From an uncultured Defluviitaleaceae bacterium (GTDB taxonomy: Bacteria; Bacillota; Clostridia; Lachnospirales; WRAX01), in the NCBI GenBank assembly GCA_964583165.1, contig CAZOVK010000001.1:60025-124024 (forward strand): 64,000 bases of DNA. Direction: 5' to 3'. Each line of letters begins with the position of its first letter. Within the stretch, counting starts at the first letter, position 1. Position numbers and translations under genes: made by a program. Positions 9,630 through 19,803 of the stretch are shown here, piece by piece. Under the pieces are notes generated by a model. It was not told the origin of the DNA. It made no database searches and saw only the letters and a program-made list of their open reading frames with translations.

Positions 9630-10451
9630 TTAAAGTTTGCGCGCAATATACAGAGCGTGCCCACAAGTTTCAAGCAAAGCTGGGTCTTCGGCGGTTTGGT
9701 TAATCAAGCCGATAATGGTTTGGAAGAGCGGCGGGTTTGATTCTGACAGCTCGTATAGCTTTGCTTCGCGGTTATAACCAAAGCTTCTTATTGAGCGGAG
9801 CAGAACCTTTGTAAAGGCCGTGTCTGCAAACAACTGTTCAAGTTCGGCCGAGGTCGGGTAATAACCTTCTTGAAAGCCGACAGCGGCGTTGTTGTGGAAT
9901 TTGCCTGTTTCAAACACGTCAGTTAGATTGTCGGCGTTAACTTGGTTGGGGAAATACAGACAGCGCGAGAACACGCCGACAGCGCCCGTCAAGTAGGGTA
10001 TGAAGCTTGCGAAAACCAGACCGCCAGATTTTAAGACGCGTTTCACTTCGCTTAGGCATTGTACGCGCTCGCGGTTTTCCAGTAGGTGATAAAGAGGGCC
10101 GAAGAGGATTATCGAATCGAAGCTCTCGTCAGCATAACGGCTTAAATCCAAGGCGTTGACTACGTCTATGCCTTGAAGTGGCGGGAGATTGTTATCTTCG
10201 ATATAGGACTTCGCCTGTTCCAACAACCTCTCTGACAAGTCGGCCAAAGTCACTTTGAAGCCACGCTTTGCCAATTCTATAGAATATCTGCCCGCGCCGC
10301 CCCCTAAATCTAAGATTGAGTCAGATTCTTTCAAGTGTTCTAAGAGGACGGAGAAAGCTATTTCAAACTCCAACCGCCCTTCGGGATTCATGAGTCGATT
10401 TTGTTCGTCAAAAACAGCGTAGTAGGCCTTGATTTTCTCAAAGTCTGTCAA
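9630..10451 (-). CDS. Class I SAM-dependent methyltransferase
   Basis: Motif I ILDLGGGAGRYSIELAKRGFKVTLADLS and post-I/II motifs. Located between mutS and mutL. Confidence 0.8.
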   Translation of the reverse strand: MTDFEKIKAYYAVFDEQNRLMNPEGRLEFEIAFSVLLEHLKESDSILDLGGGAGRYSIELAKRGFKVTLADLSERLLEQAKSYIEDNNLPPLQGIDVVNALDLSRYADESFDSIILFGPLYHLLENRERVQCLSEVKRVLKSGGLVFASFIPYLTGAVGVFSRCLYFPNQVNADNLTDVFETGKFHNNAAVGFQEGYYPTSAELEQLFADTAFTKVLLRSIRSFGYNREAKLYELSESNPPLFQTIIGLINQTAEDPALLETCGHALYIARKL

Positions 10452-10474
10452 TATATCCCCCCTAATGGTAATAT

Positions 10475-12877
10475 TTACCCGTTCAAATCTCCCAACAATT
10501 CAAACGACCGCGCCGTCACAGCCGACGGTAAGCCCGCAATTTGGGCTACGTGAATGCCGTAACTTTTGTCTGCGCCGCCGCGTTTGATTTTGTAGAGAAA
10601 GACAATCTCGTGACCGTCTTCTGCGACAGTGACCGAATAGTTCACAACGCCGTCCACGTGTCCTTCCAGCGCCGTTAGTTCGTGGTAGTGAGTGGCGAAC
10701 ATGGTTCTTGCGCCGATTGGCGTTGGCTTTACGATATGTTCAAGCACAGCCCACGCAATCGCCAGACCGTCATACGTACTTGTTCCACGCCCGATTTCAT
10801 CGAGAATCAATAGGCTTTTGGGCGTGGCATTGTTGAGGATGTTCGCAACCTCGCTCATCTCAACCATGAACGTACTGCGCCCCGTGCTCAAATCGTCATG
10901 CGCCCCGATACGCGTGAAGATGCGGTCAACAACGCCTATTCGCGCAGAATCGGCGGGCACGAAACTGCCCATTTGAGCAAGAATCACAATGTCAGCCGTT
11001 TGGCGCATGTAGGTTGACTTGCCGCCCATGTTCGGGCCTGTCAGAATCATCAAACGGTTCGTGGTTCTGTCTAAGTTAGCGTCATTCGGTATAAAACTAT
11101 GCGCGTTCAGGCGTTCAAGAACGGGGTGACGCCCGCCAATGATACTGATGACCTCAGAATTGTCAACAACAGGTCGGCAGTAGTTGTTTTGTATAGCTAC
11201 TTCAGCCAAACCAGCGAGCACATCGAGTTTCGCAACAGCTTCAGCCGTGCGCCTTATTCTCGCGCTCTCTGCTTTCAACCTGTTCAAGAGTTCACCGAAC
11301 AGCCTCATTTCTATCTCGGTTATCTGCTCGTCGGCTGACAAAATTTTGCGTTCGAGTTCTTTCAACTCAATTGTCGTAAAGCGTTCGCCCGTCGCGACAG
11401 TCTGTTTGCGCTGGTAATAATCGGGTACGTTCGCAAGGTTAGCGTTCGACACCTCGATAAAATACCCGAACACCTTGTTAAACTTAAATTTTAGATTCCG
11501 AATGCCCGTCTTTTCGCGCTCTCGTTGTTCTAGTTCGAGTAACCATGTTGTGCCGTCAGCCTTGATGCTTCGGTATTCGTCCAGTTCTTTGCTATAACCC
11601 GCCTTGATGTAACCGCCTTCGCGCAAGTTCGCCGAAGGTTCGTCCATTATGGCGATTGTAATGAGCGATTTCACGTCCGCCAGCCCGTCTATATGCTCGT
11701 GAGCTTCACGCCCAAGCGCAGACATCAGCCCCGCCGATACTAGTTTTACGGCAGGCATAACCGCTATCGAGTTTTTGAGAGCAAGCACGTCACGCGCGTT
11801 AGCATTGCCGAACGTGACTTTAGCGAGTTGACGCTCAATATCGCTCACCGAATTAAGCAAATGCCGCAAGTCAGAACGAAGCACTGTTTCACGCGTGAGT
11901 TCTTCTACCGCGTCTAGTCGCGCGTCTATTGTGTCAACGTCTAAAAGCGGGCGGGTGAGCCATGAACGAAGTAACCTTGCGCCCATCGGTGTTTCTGTCA
12001 TATCTATTACATGAAGGAGCGAACCCTCACGCTTGCCGCCCCAAATAGTTTCTAAAATCTCAAGATTTCGAAGCGCGGTAGTGTCCAGTTCAAGAAAATC
12101 GCGGTTTCCCGCGCGTTTTATGCCCGTTATGTTATCTACGCGGCCTTTGTTCATCTCCGTCAAATACGCAAGCAAACCACCTGCCGCCATTATGCAAACA
12201 TCATGGTCGGCAATGCCAAAGCCGTTTAGGTCAGTCACGCCGAATTGTATACAAAGGGCGCGTTTGGCTGTTTTAAGGTCGAAATTCCAGTCGCCGTATT
12301 TCGAGAGCGTGAATTTGCCCGTTGGTTCAACGTTTATCTTGTTGTTGTCTTCGGGGATGACGAGTTCAGCGGGGGATAGCCGCGCCAGTTCGTCCGCGAG
12401 TGCCTTCTCCGTTTCAAGCGCCGTCACGTTGAACATACCCGTCGTTATATCGGCATACGCTAGCCCAAAAAGCCGCCCGACACTCACAACGGCGGCTATT
12501 GTGTTATTACGTTCAGGGGGCAGAGCGGATGTGTCGGTGACCGTGCCGGGCGTGACAATCTTTACGACATCACGCCGAACAAGCGTTTTTGTGCTCTTCG
12601 CGTCTTCAACCTGTTCGCATATAACAACCTTCAAACCGTTATCAACGAGTTTCTGTATGTAACCTTGCGCGGAGTGGTGAGGCACGCCACACATCGGCGC
12701 ACGCTCGCCCTGACCACAATCGCGACCCGTCAGCGCAATGTTCAGAACCTTCGACGCAAGAATCGCGTCGTCAAAAAACATCTCATAAAAATCGCCCAAG
12801 CGGAAAAAGATGATGTAATTCTTATACTGTTCTTTAACACGCTTGTATTGCTCCATCATGGGAGTAAGTTCAGCCAC
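10475..12877 (-). CDS. mutS: DNA mismatch repair protein MutS (short C-terminus)
   Basis: N-terminal TPMMEQYKRVKEQY..FYEMF mismatch-binding motif, Walker A GPNMGGKST and DEIGRGTSTYDG. Ends soon after IAGLP, so the usual C-terminal extension seems absent. Confidence 0.93.
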   Translation of the reverse strand: MAELTPMMEQYKRVKEQYKNYIIFFRLGDFYEMFFDDAILASKVLNIALTGRDCGQGERAPMCGVPHHSAQGYIQKLVDNGLKVVICEQVEDAKSTKTLVRRDVVKIVTPGTVTDTSALPPERNNTIAAVVSVGRLFGLAYADITTGMFNVTALETEKALADELARLSPAELVIPEDNNKINVEPTGKFTLSKYGDWNFDLKTAKRALCIQFGVTDLNGFGIADHDVCIMAAGGLLAYLTEMNKGRVDNITGIKRAGNRDFLELDTTALRNLEILETIWGGKREGSLLHVIDMTETPMGARLLRSWLTRPLLDVDTIDARLDAVEELTRETVLRSDLRHLLNSVSDIERQLAKVTFGNANARDVLALKNSIAVMPAVKLVSAGLMSALGREAHEHIDGLADVKSLITIAIMDEPSANLREGGYIKAGYSKELDEYRSIKADGTTWLLELEQREREKTGIRNLKFKFNKVFGYFIEVSNANLANVPDYYQRKQTVATGERFTTIELKELERKILSADEQITEIEMRLFGELLNRLKAESARIRRTAEAVAKLDVLAGLAEVAIQNNYCRPVVDNSEVISIIGGRHPVLERLNAHSFIPNDANLDRTTNRLMILTGPNMGGKSTYMRQTADIVILAQMGSFVPADSARIGVVDRIFTRIGAHDDLSTGRSTFMVEMSEVANILNNATPKSLLILDEIGRGTSTYDGLAIAWAVLEHIVKPTPIGARTMFATHYHELTALEGHVDGVVNYSVTVAEDGHEIVFLYKIKRGGADKSYGIHVAQIAGLPSAVTARSFELLGDLNG

Positions 12878-12890
12878 ATTAACCCCCTAT

Positions 12891-14243
12891 TTAAGCCTTG
12901 TGCCCGAAAAGGCATGTGGGCTTCTCGCTGTCTATTATTACTGTAAAAAGCTTGCCCACGTCACATCTTTGACCCTCAAATTGAACAAGCGTATTGTCGT
13001 CTGTGCGCCCCTCTAACGCGCCATTGTCTGTAGGCTTAAAGCGTTCGGCAAGCACAAGTTGTGTTGTGCCGACCATTTCGCGCTGGTGTTCGAGGGCGGC
13101 GGGTGTGAGTGTTTCAATGAGCCGCCCGAAACGCTCCGTCACGACCTCTTGCGGCACTTGTTCGGGCATGGCGGCGGCTTTTGTGCCCACACGCTTTGAG
13201 TATTGAAAGGTGAACGCGCTGGTGAATCGCGCTTCACGGCACAAACTCAATGTATCTTCAAAGTCTTCTTCCGTTTCACCGGGTAGCCCTACTATTAAAT
13301 CCGTTGTTATACTGATATTAGGCACAATCTTTCTTGCGCGTTCGATTATGCCCAAGAAATGTTCACGCGTATATCCGCGGTTCATGGATTTTAAAATCTT
13401 GTTCGAGCCGCTTTGAACGGGCAGGTGCAGGTGTTTGCAGACTTTCGGTTCACGCGCCATGACATCCAAAACATCGTCTGTCAAATCGCGCGGGTGACTG
13501 GTCATAAAGCGTATGCGCTCTAAGCCCTTAACTGCCGCGACACGTGTCAAAAGTTCTGCAAACGTGATGGGCGTATCCAGCCCCTTGCCGTATTTGTTAA
13601 CGTTCTGCCCTAACAACATGACCTCAACAACGCCGTCTGCCACGAGTTCCTCAACGTGTTCGACGACCGTTTCGGGCGCGGCGCTCCGTTCACGCCCGCG
13701 CACATAAGGCACGACACAATATGAGCAGAAATTGTCACAACCATACATGACATTCACGCCGCTCTTAAACGAAAACTCGCGCACTGCGGGCAAATCCTCA
13801 AAATCGGTGTCGTCATGTGATTCCCAAACGTCGATTATCTGGTCACGACTCGATAAACGCCTCGTTATAAGTTCGGGCAGTTTGTGTATGTTAAACGTAC
13901 CGATTACTATGTCAACGAATCTATACTTAGCGCGTATGGTTTCAATAACGTGCTGTTGTTGTGTCATACAACCGCAGACTATAAGCATGGTTTCTTTTCC
14001 GTCTTTTTGACGCGTTTCTTTCAGTTTCTTGATGTTGCCGATATGACCGAAGACCTTGTTTTCGGCGTTCTCGCGCACACAACATGTATTGATGATGATA
14101 ATATCGGCGTCAGACTCTATCTCTGTCGCGTTCATGCCCAAACCGCGCAATAACCCCGAAATCTTTTCGGAGTCATGCGCGTTCATCTGGCAACCCATTG
14201 TTTCTACGTGGTATTTCTTACCGAACATAAGTTCGTCTGTCAT
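12891..14243 (-). CDS. miaB: tRNA-i6A37 methylthiotransferase MiaB
   Basis: UPF0004 N-domain (ETMGCQMN), radical-SAM CDNFCSYCVVP and a TRAM C-terminus. The preferred start is ATG 14243, overlapping the gpmI stop as TAATG. The track ORF extends to 14273. Confidence 0.88.
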   Translation of the reverse strand: MTDELMFGKKYHVETMGCQMNAHDSEKISGLLRGLGMNATEIESDADIIIINTCCVRENAENKVFGHIGNIKKLKETRQKDGKETMLIVCGCMTQQQHVIETIRAKYRFVDIVIGTFNIHKLPELITRRLSSRDQIIDVWESHDDTDFEDLPAVREFSFKSGVNVMYGCDNFCSYCVVPYVRGRERSAAPETVVEHVEELVADGVVEVMLLGQNVNKYGKGLDTPITFAELLTRVAAVKGLERIRFMTSHPRDLTDDVLDVMAREPKVCKHLHLPVQSGSNKILKSMNRGYTREHFLGIIERARKIVPNISITTDLIVGLPGETEEDFEDTLSLCREARFTSAFTFQYSKRVGTKAAAMPEQVPQEVVTERFGRLIETLTPAALEHQREMVGTTQLVLAERFKPTDNGALEGRTDDNTLVQFEGQRCDVGKLFTVIIDSEKPTCLFGHKA

Positions 14244-15787
14244 TAGATTATACTCTCTTTCCATTCGGCGCATTTTTCTAAGCCCATAAGCTTCGCCACA
14301 GTCGCGGCAATGTTTGCAAGCCCAAAGTTGCCCTCCGAAACTTTTACATCGGTGTTATATATGATGAAAGGTACGGGGTTCAGCGTATGCGCCGTTTTCG
14401 GTGCGCCTTTCTCTATCATTTCATCGGCGTTGCCGTGGTCAGCCGTGACGACCAAAATTGCGCCCGCTTCTTTGACAGCCGCGATAATACGCGCAAGACA
14501 GAGGTCAACGGCTTCTACGCCAATCACTGTGGCTTCAAAGTTGCCTGTATGCCCAACCATGTCGCCGTTCGGGAAGTTCGCGCGGATAAAGCCGTATTCG
14601 CCCGACTGAATCGCGGCGATAACCCTATCCGTAATCTCGGCGCACTTCATCCACGGGCGTTCGTCAAAACTTATGCGGTCAGACGGGATTTCTTCAAACA
14701 CTTCAAGTTCTTCGCTGAATTTCTCGTTGCGGTTGCCGTTCCAGAAGTAGGTCACGTGACCGTATTTCTGTGTTTCTGACACGGCGTATTGCTTCACGCC
14801 CTGTTTAACCAGAAACTCGCTCAGCGTATGGCGTATTTGCGGCGGCTCAACCAAGAAACGCGCGGGAATCTTAGCGTCACCGTCATACTGGAGCATACCC
14901 GCAAACATCACATTCGGCTTGTAGTCGCGCGCAAATTTGTCTAACTCGGGGTTATCGAACGCGCGCGAAATCTCCTGCGCCCTGTCGCCGCGGAAGTTAA
15001 AGAGTATGACAGAATCTCCGTCAACCATCTTGCCCACGGGTTCGCCGTTCTCCGAAATCACAAAAGGCGGTAAATCTTGGTCATTACAATCGTGTTCGGC
15101 GCGAAGAGTGTTAATCGCTTCCGTTGCGTTCGCGAAAGCTTGCTCCTTGCCGCAAACATGTGTCTGCCAGCCCTTTTCAACCATGCCCCAGTCGGCCTCA
15201 TACCTGTCCATAGTGACCTTCATACGCCCGCCGCCCGAAGCTATCTTAGCGTCAAAGTTGCCGTCATTCAGTTCTGCCAGCGTCTTTTCCAAATCGGTCA
15301 CATATTCTAACGCACTTCTCGCGGGCACGTCGCGCCCATCTAAAAGAATGTGAATGCGGACGCGCTTCGCGCCCTCGGTTTTCGCCTGATTAAGCATTGC
15401 CTTCAAGTGGTCAATATGAGAATGCACATTGCCGTCAGACAGAAGCCCTATAAAATGCAATGTTGTTTGTTTTTCTTTCACATTGCCAACCAGTTCAACC
15501 CATGCCGCGCTCTTATACATTGCGCCACTCGCGATACTCTCGTTGACAAGCTTCGCGCCCTGCGAATAAATCTGTCCACAACCAATGGCGTTGTGCCCGA
15601 CCTCTGAATTGCCCATGTCGTCATCAGACGGAAGCCCAACAGCCGTGCCGTGGGCCTTGAGTTGCGTATGAGGGGCGCTCGCAAGCAAGAAATCTAAGTT
15701 GGGCGTTCTTGCCGCCGTCACGGCATTACCCTTGTCAGCCGCGTGAATGCCAATACCATCCATAACTATCAAAACTACAGGTTTCAT
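14243..15787 (-). CDS. gpmI: 2,3-bisphosphoglycerate-independent phosphoglycerate mutase
   Basis: MKPVVLIVMDGIG.., MGNSEVGHNAIG and ADHGNADEM motifs; 514 aa. Confidence 0.93.
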   Translation of the reverse strand: MKPVVLIVMDGIGIHAADKGNAVTAARTPNLDFLLASAPHTQLKAHGTAVGLPSDDDMGNSEVGHNAIGCGQIYSQGAKLVNESIASGAMYKSAAWVELVGNVKEKQTTLHFIGLLSDGNVHSHIDHLKAMLNQAKTEGAKRVRIHILLDGRDVPARSALEYVTDLEKTLAELNDGNFDAKIASGGGRMKVTMDRYEADWGMVEKGWQTHVCGKEQAFANATEAINTLRAEHDCNDQDLPPFVISENGEPVGKMVDGDSVILFNFRGDRAQEISRAFDNPELDKFARDYKPNVMFAGMLQYDGDAKIPARFLVEPPQIRHTLSEFLVKQGVKQYAVSETQKYGHVTYFWNGNRNEKFSEELEVFEEIPSDRISFDERPWMKCAEITDRVIAAIQSGEYGFIRANFPNGDMVGHTGNFEATVIGVEAVDLCLARIIAAVKEAGAILVVTADHGNADEMIEKGAPKTAHTLNPVPFIIYNTDVKVSEGNFGLANIAATVAKLMGLEKCAEWKESII

Positions 15788-15860
15788 TCAATCACTCCTA
15801 TATAATAAATCCATTATTCTTATATTATCAACAAAATGTGTGTTTGTAAAGCATGGTGGG

Positions 15861-15900
15861 GAAAAACATTGCGGCAGACCTTGTAGTCTGTCGCAATGTT
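15861..15900 (-). terminator. Intrinsic terminator of the sbcDC operon
   Basis: 15-bp stem AACATTGCGGCAGAC / GTCTGTCGCAATGTT (one G-U pair) with a 6-nt loop, followed on the minus strand by TTTTT. Confidence 0.8.
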
Positions 15901-15902
15901 TT

Positions 15903-18623
15903 CTATAGAATAATGCGTTGCTCAATCTCTTCTTTCATGCGCTCAACATGGGTTATAACGCCTACAAGCAGGCGTTCGTCGGGCAGGCTGAACAGAATTT
16001 CCATGACTTGAACGAGTGTGTTTGAATCGAGTGAGCCAAAGCCTTCGTCAAGGAAGAAGAAGTCAAGCCGAGTGCCGCTCCCTATCTGTATTTTAGCCGA
16101 CAGCGACAACGCAAGGCACAAACTCACCATAAATGTTTCTCCGCCCGACAGTGACGCGGGGTTTCTGACCGATTGACTGAACCTGTCGCGAATGACAAAA
16201 TCCAAGTCGGACAGTTCAAGCCCATATCGCCCGTTCGTCATCGCTGACAGTCTTTTCGACGCGTCTTGCGCGATGTATTCGAGGTTGCGGCGTGACAGAT
16301 ACTCAATAAACGCGTTGCCTTTGAAAACGCCATCTAAATCTGCAAGCAAGCCCAGACGTTTATCCAGCGACTTTTTCTCGTTTTTCCACACGTTGACCTG
16401 TTCAAGCATGTTTTCGTATTGCTCCAAGCGGTCTTTTAGTTGTGCGGTTTCGCCGATTATGGCCGTTAAGTTCGCGTCGAGTTTCTCAAGCGCCGTCGTT
16501 GTTTCGTTATAACGTGCTCTGACATCTTGTTCGTCGCGTTCGGTCTGTTTCTGCTCTAATTCCGTGATTATGCCCTTGACTTCGCTTAACTCGCTGTCAT
16601 AACGGGCCACTTCATCAGACATTGCTTTACGCTTTTCGGGCGCATATCTGCCAATCAAATCTTTGAGCGAAACCCCCACAAAGTCAGCAGAGATTGCGTA
16701 AAGATTGGCTTTCAGTCGCTCAACGGCATCACGCTGGCTTTGCCCCAAGGCCTCCATGACAGAAATCTCGGTTGTTGTTTGGTTGTAATTCTTTTCGTGT
16801 TCGCGCCGCGTCATTTCTGCCACATTTATTTGATGGGTGAGTTTGTTATCCTCATCAATAAGCTTTGCTAACTGTTGGTCTTTCTTGGCTCGGGCGGCTG
16901 AAAGCGCCTTTATGGGCTTAGATTGCGGCGGTTGATTCTCAGGTACACCCAACTCGCCCGCAAGCTCTGTATACTCGGCATACAGCAATTCATAATGCTC
17001 GGTCAAATCATGGATAAGTTTTGCCGTTTCTGACTTTTGCGCTTCGAGCTGTTTGGCGCGTTCGTTGTAAGCCGCTTCAAAAGCCGATAGCTTCTGCGCG
17101 TTCTCGTTCTGATTGCGTGTTTCGGCTTCTAATGTCTTTGATTCGCGCTTTTCCTGTAGTTTTCTGGCTTCTAGTCGCTTCTTCTTATCTGCCAAAGCCG
17201 TATCAGCCGATTCAGCGGGTTTCGGGTGGTGGGTTGAGCCACAAACAGGGCAAGCCGCGCCGTCTTTAAGCCCAATGGCAATCGCCGCCGCTTGGTTTTG
17301 AGCCGTTAACTCATTAACGTGATGTTCCAGTGCTTCGATTTCAAGACGCAAAGCCGCCAAAAGTCGCGCCCGCTCATCGATGGCTTTCGTCATTTCAACA
17401 TATTTTTCACGTGTTTCTTCTATTATATTGTACTCTTTTACAAGCCTCGCGCCTTCAGCCGATGCCGCCTTCTCCTTCGCTTGTGCGTCAACAAGTCCCT
17501 TTTGTGCGTCAAGCAACTGGGTTTCAAGAACGAGCGCCCGCGTCAACTTTTCGCGGAAGCTTGAATCTACGCCCAATGCCGCCTGCTGTTCTCGCAAGGA
17601 CTTTTGCTCGTCTTGCAAAATCGCAAGTTGTTGTTCGGCCGCCGCGACGGCCTGTTTCTGGCTCTCCTGTTGCGCTTTCTTGCGCCTATATTCGTCACGG
17701 CTTTTTTCTAGCGCATTGTTCTGCTCGGTGATTTCACTGAGAATCCCCGCGGCGCTTTCGGCGTTGGCGTGTTCGGCGCGTAGGGCTTCGATTCTGTCGC
17801 GGTCTTGTAGAAGCGCATTCAACCGCTTTTTCGCAACGCCAAGCCGCGTCAGTGTATCTAGCGCGACATAGAGAACGCGCCGTACTTCCTCCAGCCGATT
17901 TCTGTTTGCGAGTGCTTGTTGTTGTTCAATACTCAGGGCTTCTATGCGTTCTTGTGTTGCCTTGATGTTTTCGGGCGTGGCGAAGGCGTATTGTTCCAGA
18001 CGTTGTGAGAGTAGTGCTGTTTTTGATTCTGCCTTTGATTTGGCTTCGCTTATACGCTTTCGTAGTTTGTCGCCATATTCCGTAAGGTGGAAGATACGCT
18101 GTAGAATCTGATTTCGGTCAGCACCTTTAAGTGTGAGAAATTCAGCGAAACGCCCTTGCGGGAGCATGACCGTGCGCGTGAAGTCTTCGTATGTAAGCCC
18201 GATATGCGCTTCAATTGCCTTATTTGTTTCGGTTTTTTTGCTGTCAGAAGATATTTCAATCTTCCCGTCTTTATACACGCCGAATCTCACTGCGCTTTGG
18301 CGGAAGGCAGGTGGGGTTTTGCGGCGGTCCATCTTAAACTCGCGCTCAATTCTGTATGTACGCAATTCGCCGTCATAATTCAGCTCGAATGTGAACGCGA
18401 CAAAAGCAGAATCTTTTGTTAGGCTGATAAACTGCCCCTCGGTGTTCTTCCCGTAGCGTGGCACAGCGCCGTATAGAGCCAGCGTTATCGCGTCAGTGAG
18501 TGTGCTCTTGCCGCTACCTGTCGGCCCGAAGATGCCGAAAAGCCCGCGAAAGGCCGAAAAATCCCATTCGTGGCGGTCGGCGAAACAGCCTATGCCCTCA
18601 ACTGTCAGTTTCAGCGGTTTCAT
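15903..18623 (-). CDS. sbcC: SbcC-family DNA double-strand break repair ATPase (Rad50-like)
   Basis: Walker A FGPTGSGKST, a long coiled coil with a CPVCGS zinc hook, and signature SGGETFMVSLCLALSL plus FFLDEGFGSLD. ATG 18623 follows GGGAGGTGA. Confidence 0.85.
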   Translation of the reverse strand: MKPLKLTVEGIGCFADRHEWDFSAFRGLFGIFGPTGSGKSTLTDAITLALYGAVPRYGKNTEGQFISLTKDSAFVAFTFELNYDGELRTYRIEREFKMDRRKTPPAFRQSAVRFGVYKDGKIEISSDSKKTETNKAIEAHIGLTYEDFTRTVMLPQGRFAEFLTLKGADRNQILQRIFHLTEYGDKLRKRISEAKSKAESKTALLSQRLEQYAFATPENIKATQERIEALSIEQQQALANRNRLEEVRRVLYVALDTLTRLGVAKKRLNALLQDRDRIEALRAEHANAESAAGILSEITEQNNALEKSRDEYRRKKAQQESQKQAVAAAEQQLAILQDEQKSLREQQAALGVDSSFREKLTRALVLETQLLDAQKGLVDAQAKEKAASAEGARLVKEYNIIEETREKYVEMTKAIDERARLLAALRLEIEALEHHVNELTAQNQAAAIAIGLKDGAACPVCGSTHHPKPAESADTALADKKKRLEARKLQEKRESKTLEAETRNQNENAQKLSAFEAAYNERAKQLEAQKSETAKLIHDLTEHYELLYAEYTELAGELGVPENQPPQSKPIKALSAARAKKDQQLAKLIDEDNKLTHQINVAEMTRREHEKNYNQTTTEISVMEALGQSQRDAVERLKANLYAISADFVGVSLKDLIGRYAPEKRKAMSDEVARYDSELSEVKGIITELEQKQTERDEQDVRARYNETTTALEKLDANLTAIIGETAQLKDRLEQYENMLEQVNVWKNEKKSLDKRLGLLADLDGVFKGNAFIEYLSRRNLEYIAQDASKRLSAMTNGRYGLELSDLDFVIRDRFSQSVRNPASLSGGETFMVSLCLALSLSAKIQIGSGTRLDFFFLDEGFGSLDSNTLVQVMEILFSLPDERLLVGVITHVERMKEEIEQRIIL

Positions 18624-19803
18624 CCGCGTCACCTCCCATCAGCTCAAGAAGTAAATCACACAGTTCGGTAGACGGCGCGAAGTGCTTCTTTTGGGTGTAA
18701 AAATCCGTAAATTCTTCAATTATACTACGTTGGACAAAAACATCTGCCTCTTTGGTGTCGGTTATAGAGCTTGTTGTAAACGCGATGTCAACGATACTGT
18801 CAGATGCCGCGAAAAGCTCGTCACGTTCTGACGGTTCAAGTGTTCTGTCGAGCGTAAGTGTCAGATATATGTAGGCGTTTGGGTTTTGTTTCATCTGTTC
18901 AACAGCTGATTGAATCGTGTCGGCTTTGATGCTCGCGATGGGTTTTGTGTTTTGAAGATACAGCTTGTCCAAATACGAAACGCCTGTTGATGTAATATCC
19001 GCGATATACACACATTTCGCGTTAGTGGCTTCTGACAGCGAGTAGGGGAGGGGCGAACCCGAATAATATGAATGCTCGGTAGATGTAGGAATCCGCTGTG
19101 CACGGTGCAAATGCCCCATGGCGATATAATGGCACGGTGGGAAGATGTCAGCGTCAACAGTCAGCGCATTGCCGAAGATTAACATGCGTTCCGAATCGGA
19201 GGACATGCCGCCGCGTACAAACAAATGCCCCGCGATAATGTTGACGGTATCTGCCGTAAATTGTGTGCTCAATTCCGCTAGGGTTGAAGTCAGTAAAGTG
19301 TTCAAACCCGCCTGCATATCACTTTCTGACGCGCTGTCAGAAAACAATTGCTTCATGCGACTTTCGTTTATGTATGGCAACGTGACCAAACAAAGCGTTT
19401 CATCACCTACGCGAAGTTTAATATACCCCTCACCCGCGCCTATACAATGCGGGCTGTCAGAATAGTCCGCAGCTCCCTGAACCGTGCCGATTATATATAT
19501 CCCACGTGGGGCGGCGAGTGGCAAACATGCCGTGAGTTTCTCGGGCGAATCGTGATTGCCCGCAATGACGATAACAACCGCGCCCGCTTCGCTCAAACGG
19601 CTGACAGCCGAAAAGAAAAGCTTTTCGGCTGCCGTAGACGGGTTATATACATCAAAGACATCACCACAGACAAGAACCGCGTCAACGGACTTGGATGTGA
19701 CAATCTGCGCGAGCTCATCAACAAACCGCATCTGCTCATGAAGGCGAGAGAATCGCCCTAATGTCTTGCCTAAATGCCAGTCTGATGTATGGAGGATTCT
19801 CAT
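18598..19803 (-). CDS. sbcD: SbcD/Mre11-family exonuclease
   Basis: Calcineurin-like phosphoesterase motifs ILHTSDWHLG, GDVFD, GNHD and MGHLH. Overlaps sbcC. Confidence 0.88.
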   Translation of the reverse strand: MRILHTSDWHLGKTLGRFSRLHEQMRFVDELAQIVTSKSVDAVLVCGDVFDVYNPSTAAEKLFFSAVSRLSEAGAVVIVIAGNHDSPEKLTACLPLAAPRGIYIIGTVQGAADYSDSPHCIGAGEGYIKLRVGDETLCLVTLPYINESRMKQLFSDSASESDMQAGLNTLLTSTLAELSTQFTADTVNIIAGHLFVRGGMSSDSERMLIFGNALTVDADIFPPCHYIAMGHLHRAQRIPTSTEHSYYSGSPLPYSLSEATNAKCVYIADITSTGVSYLDKLYLQNTKPIASIKADTIQSAVEQMKQNPNAYIYLTLTLDRTLEPSERDELFAASDSIVDIAFTTSSITDTKEADVFVQRSIIEEFTDFYTQKKHFAPSTELCDLLLELMGGDADETAETDS

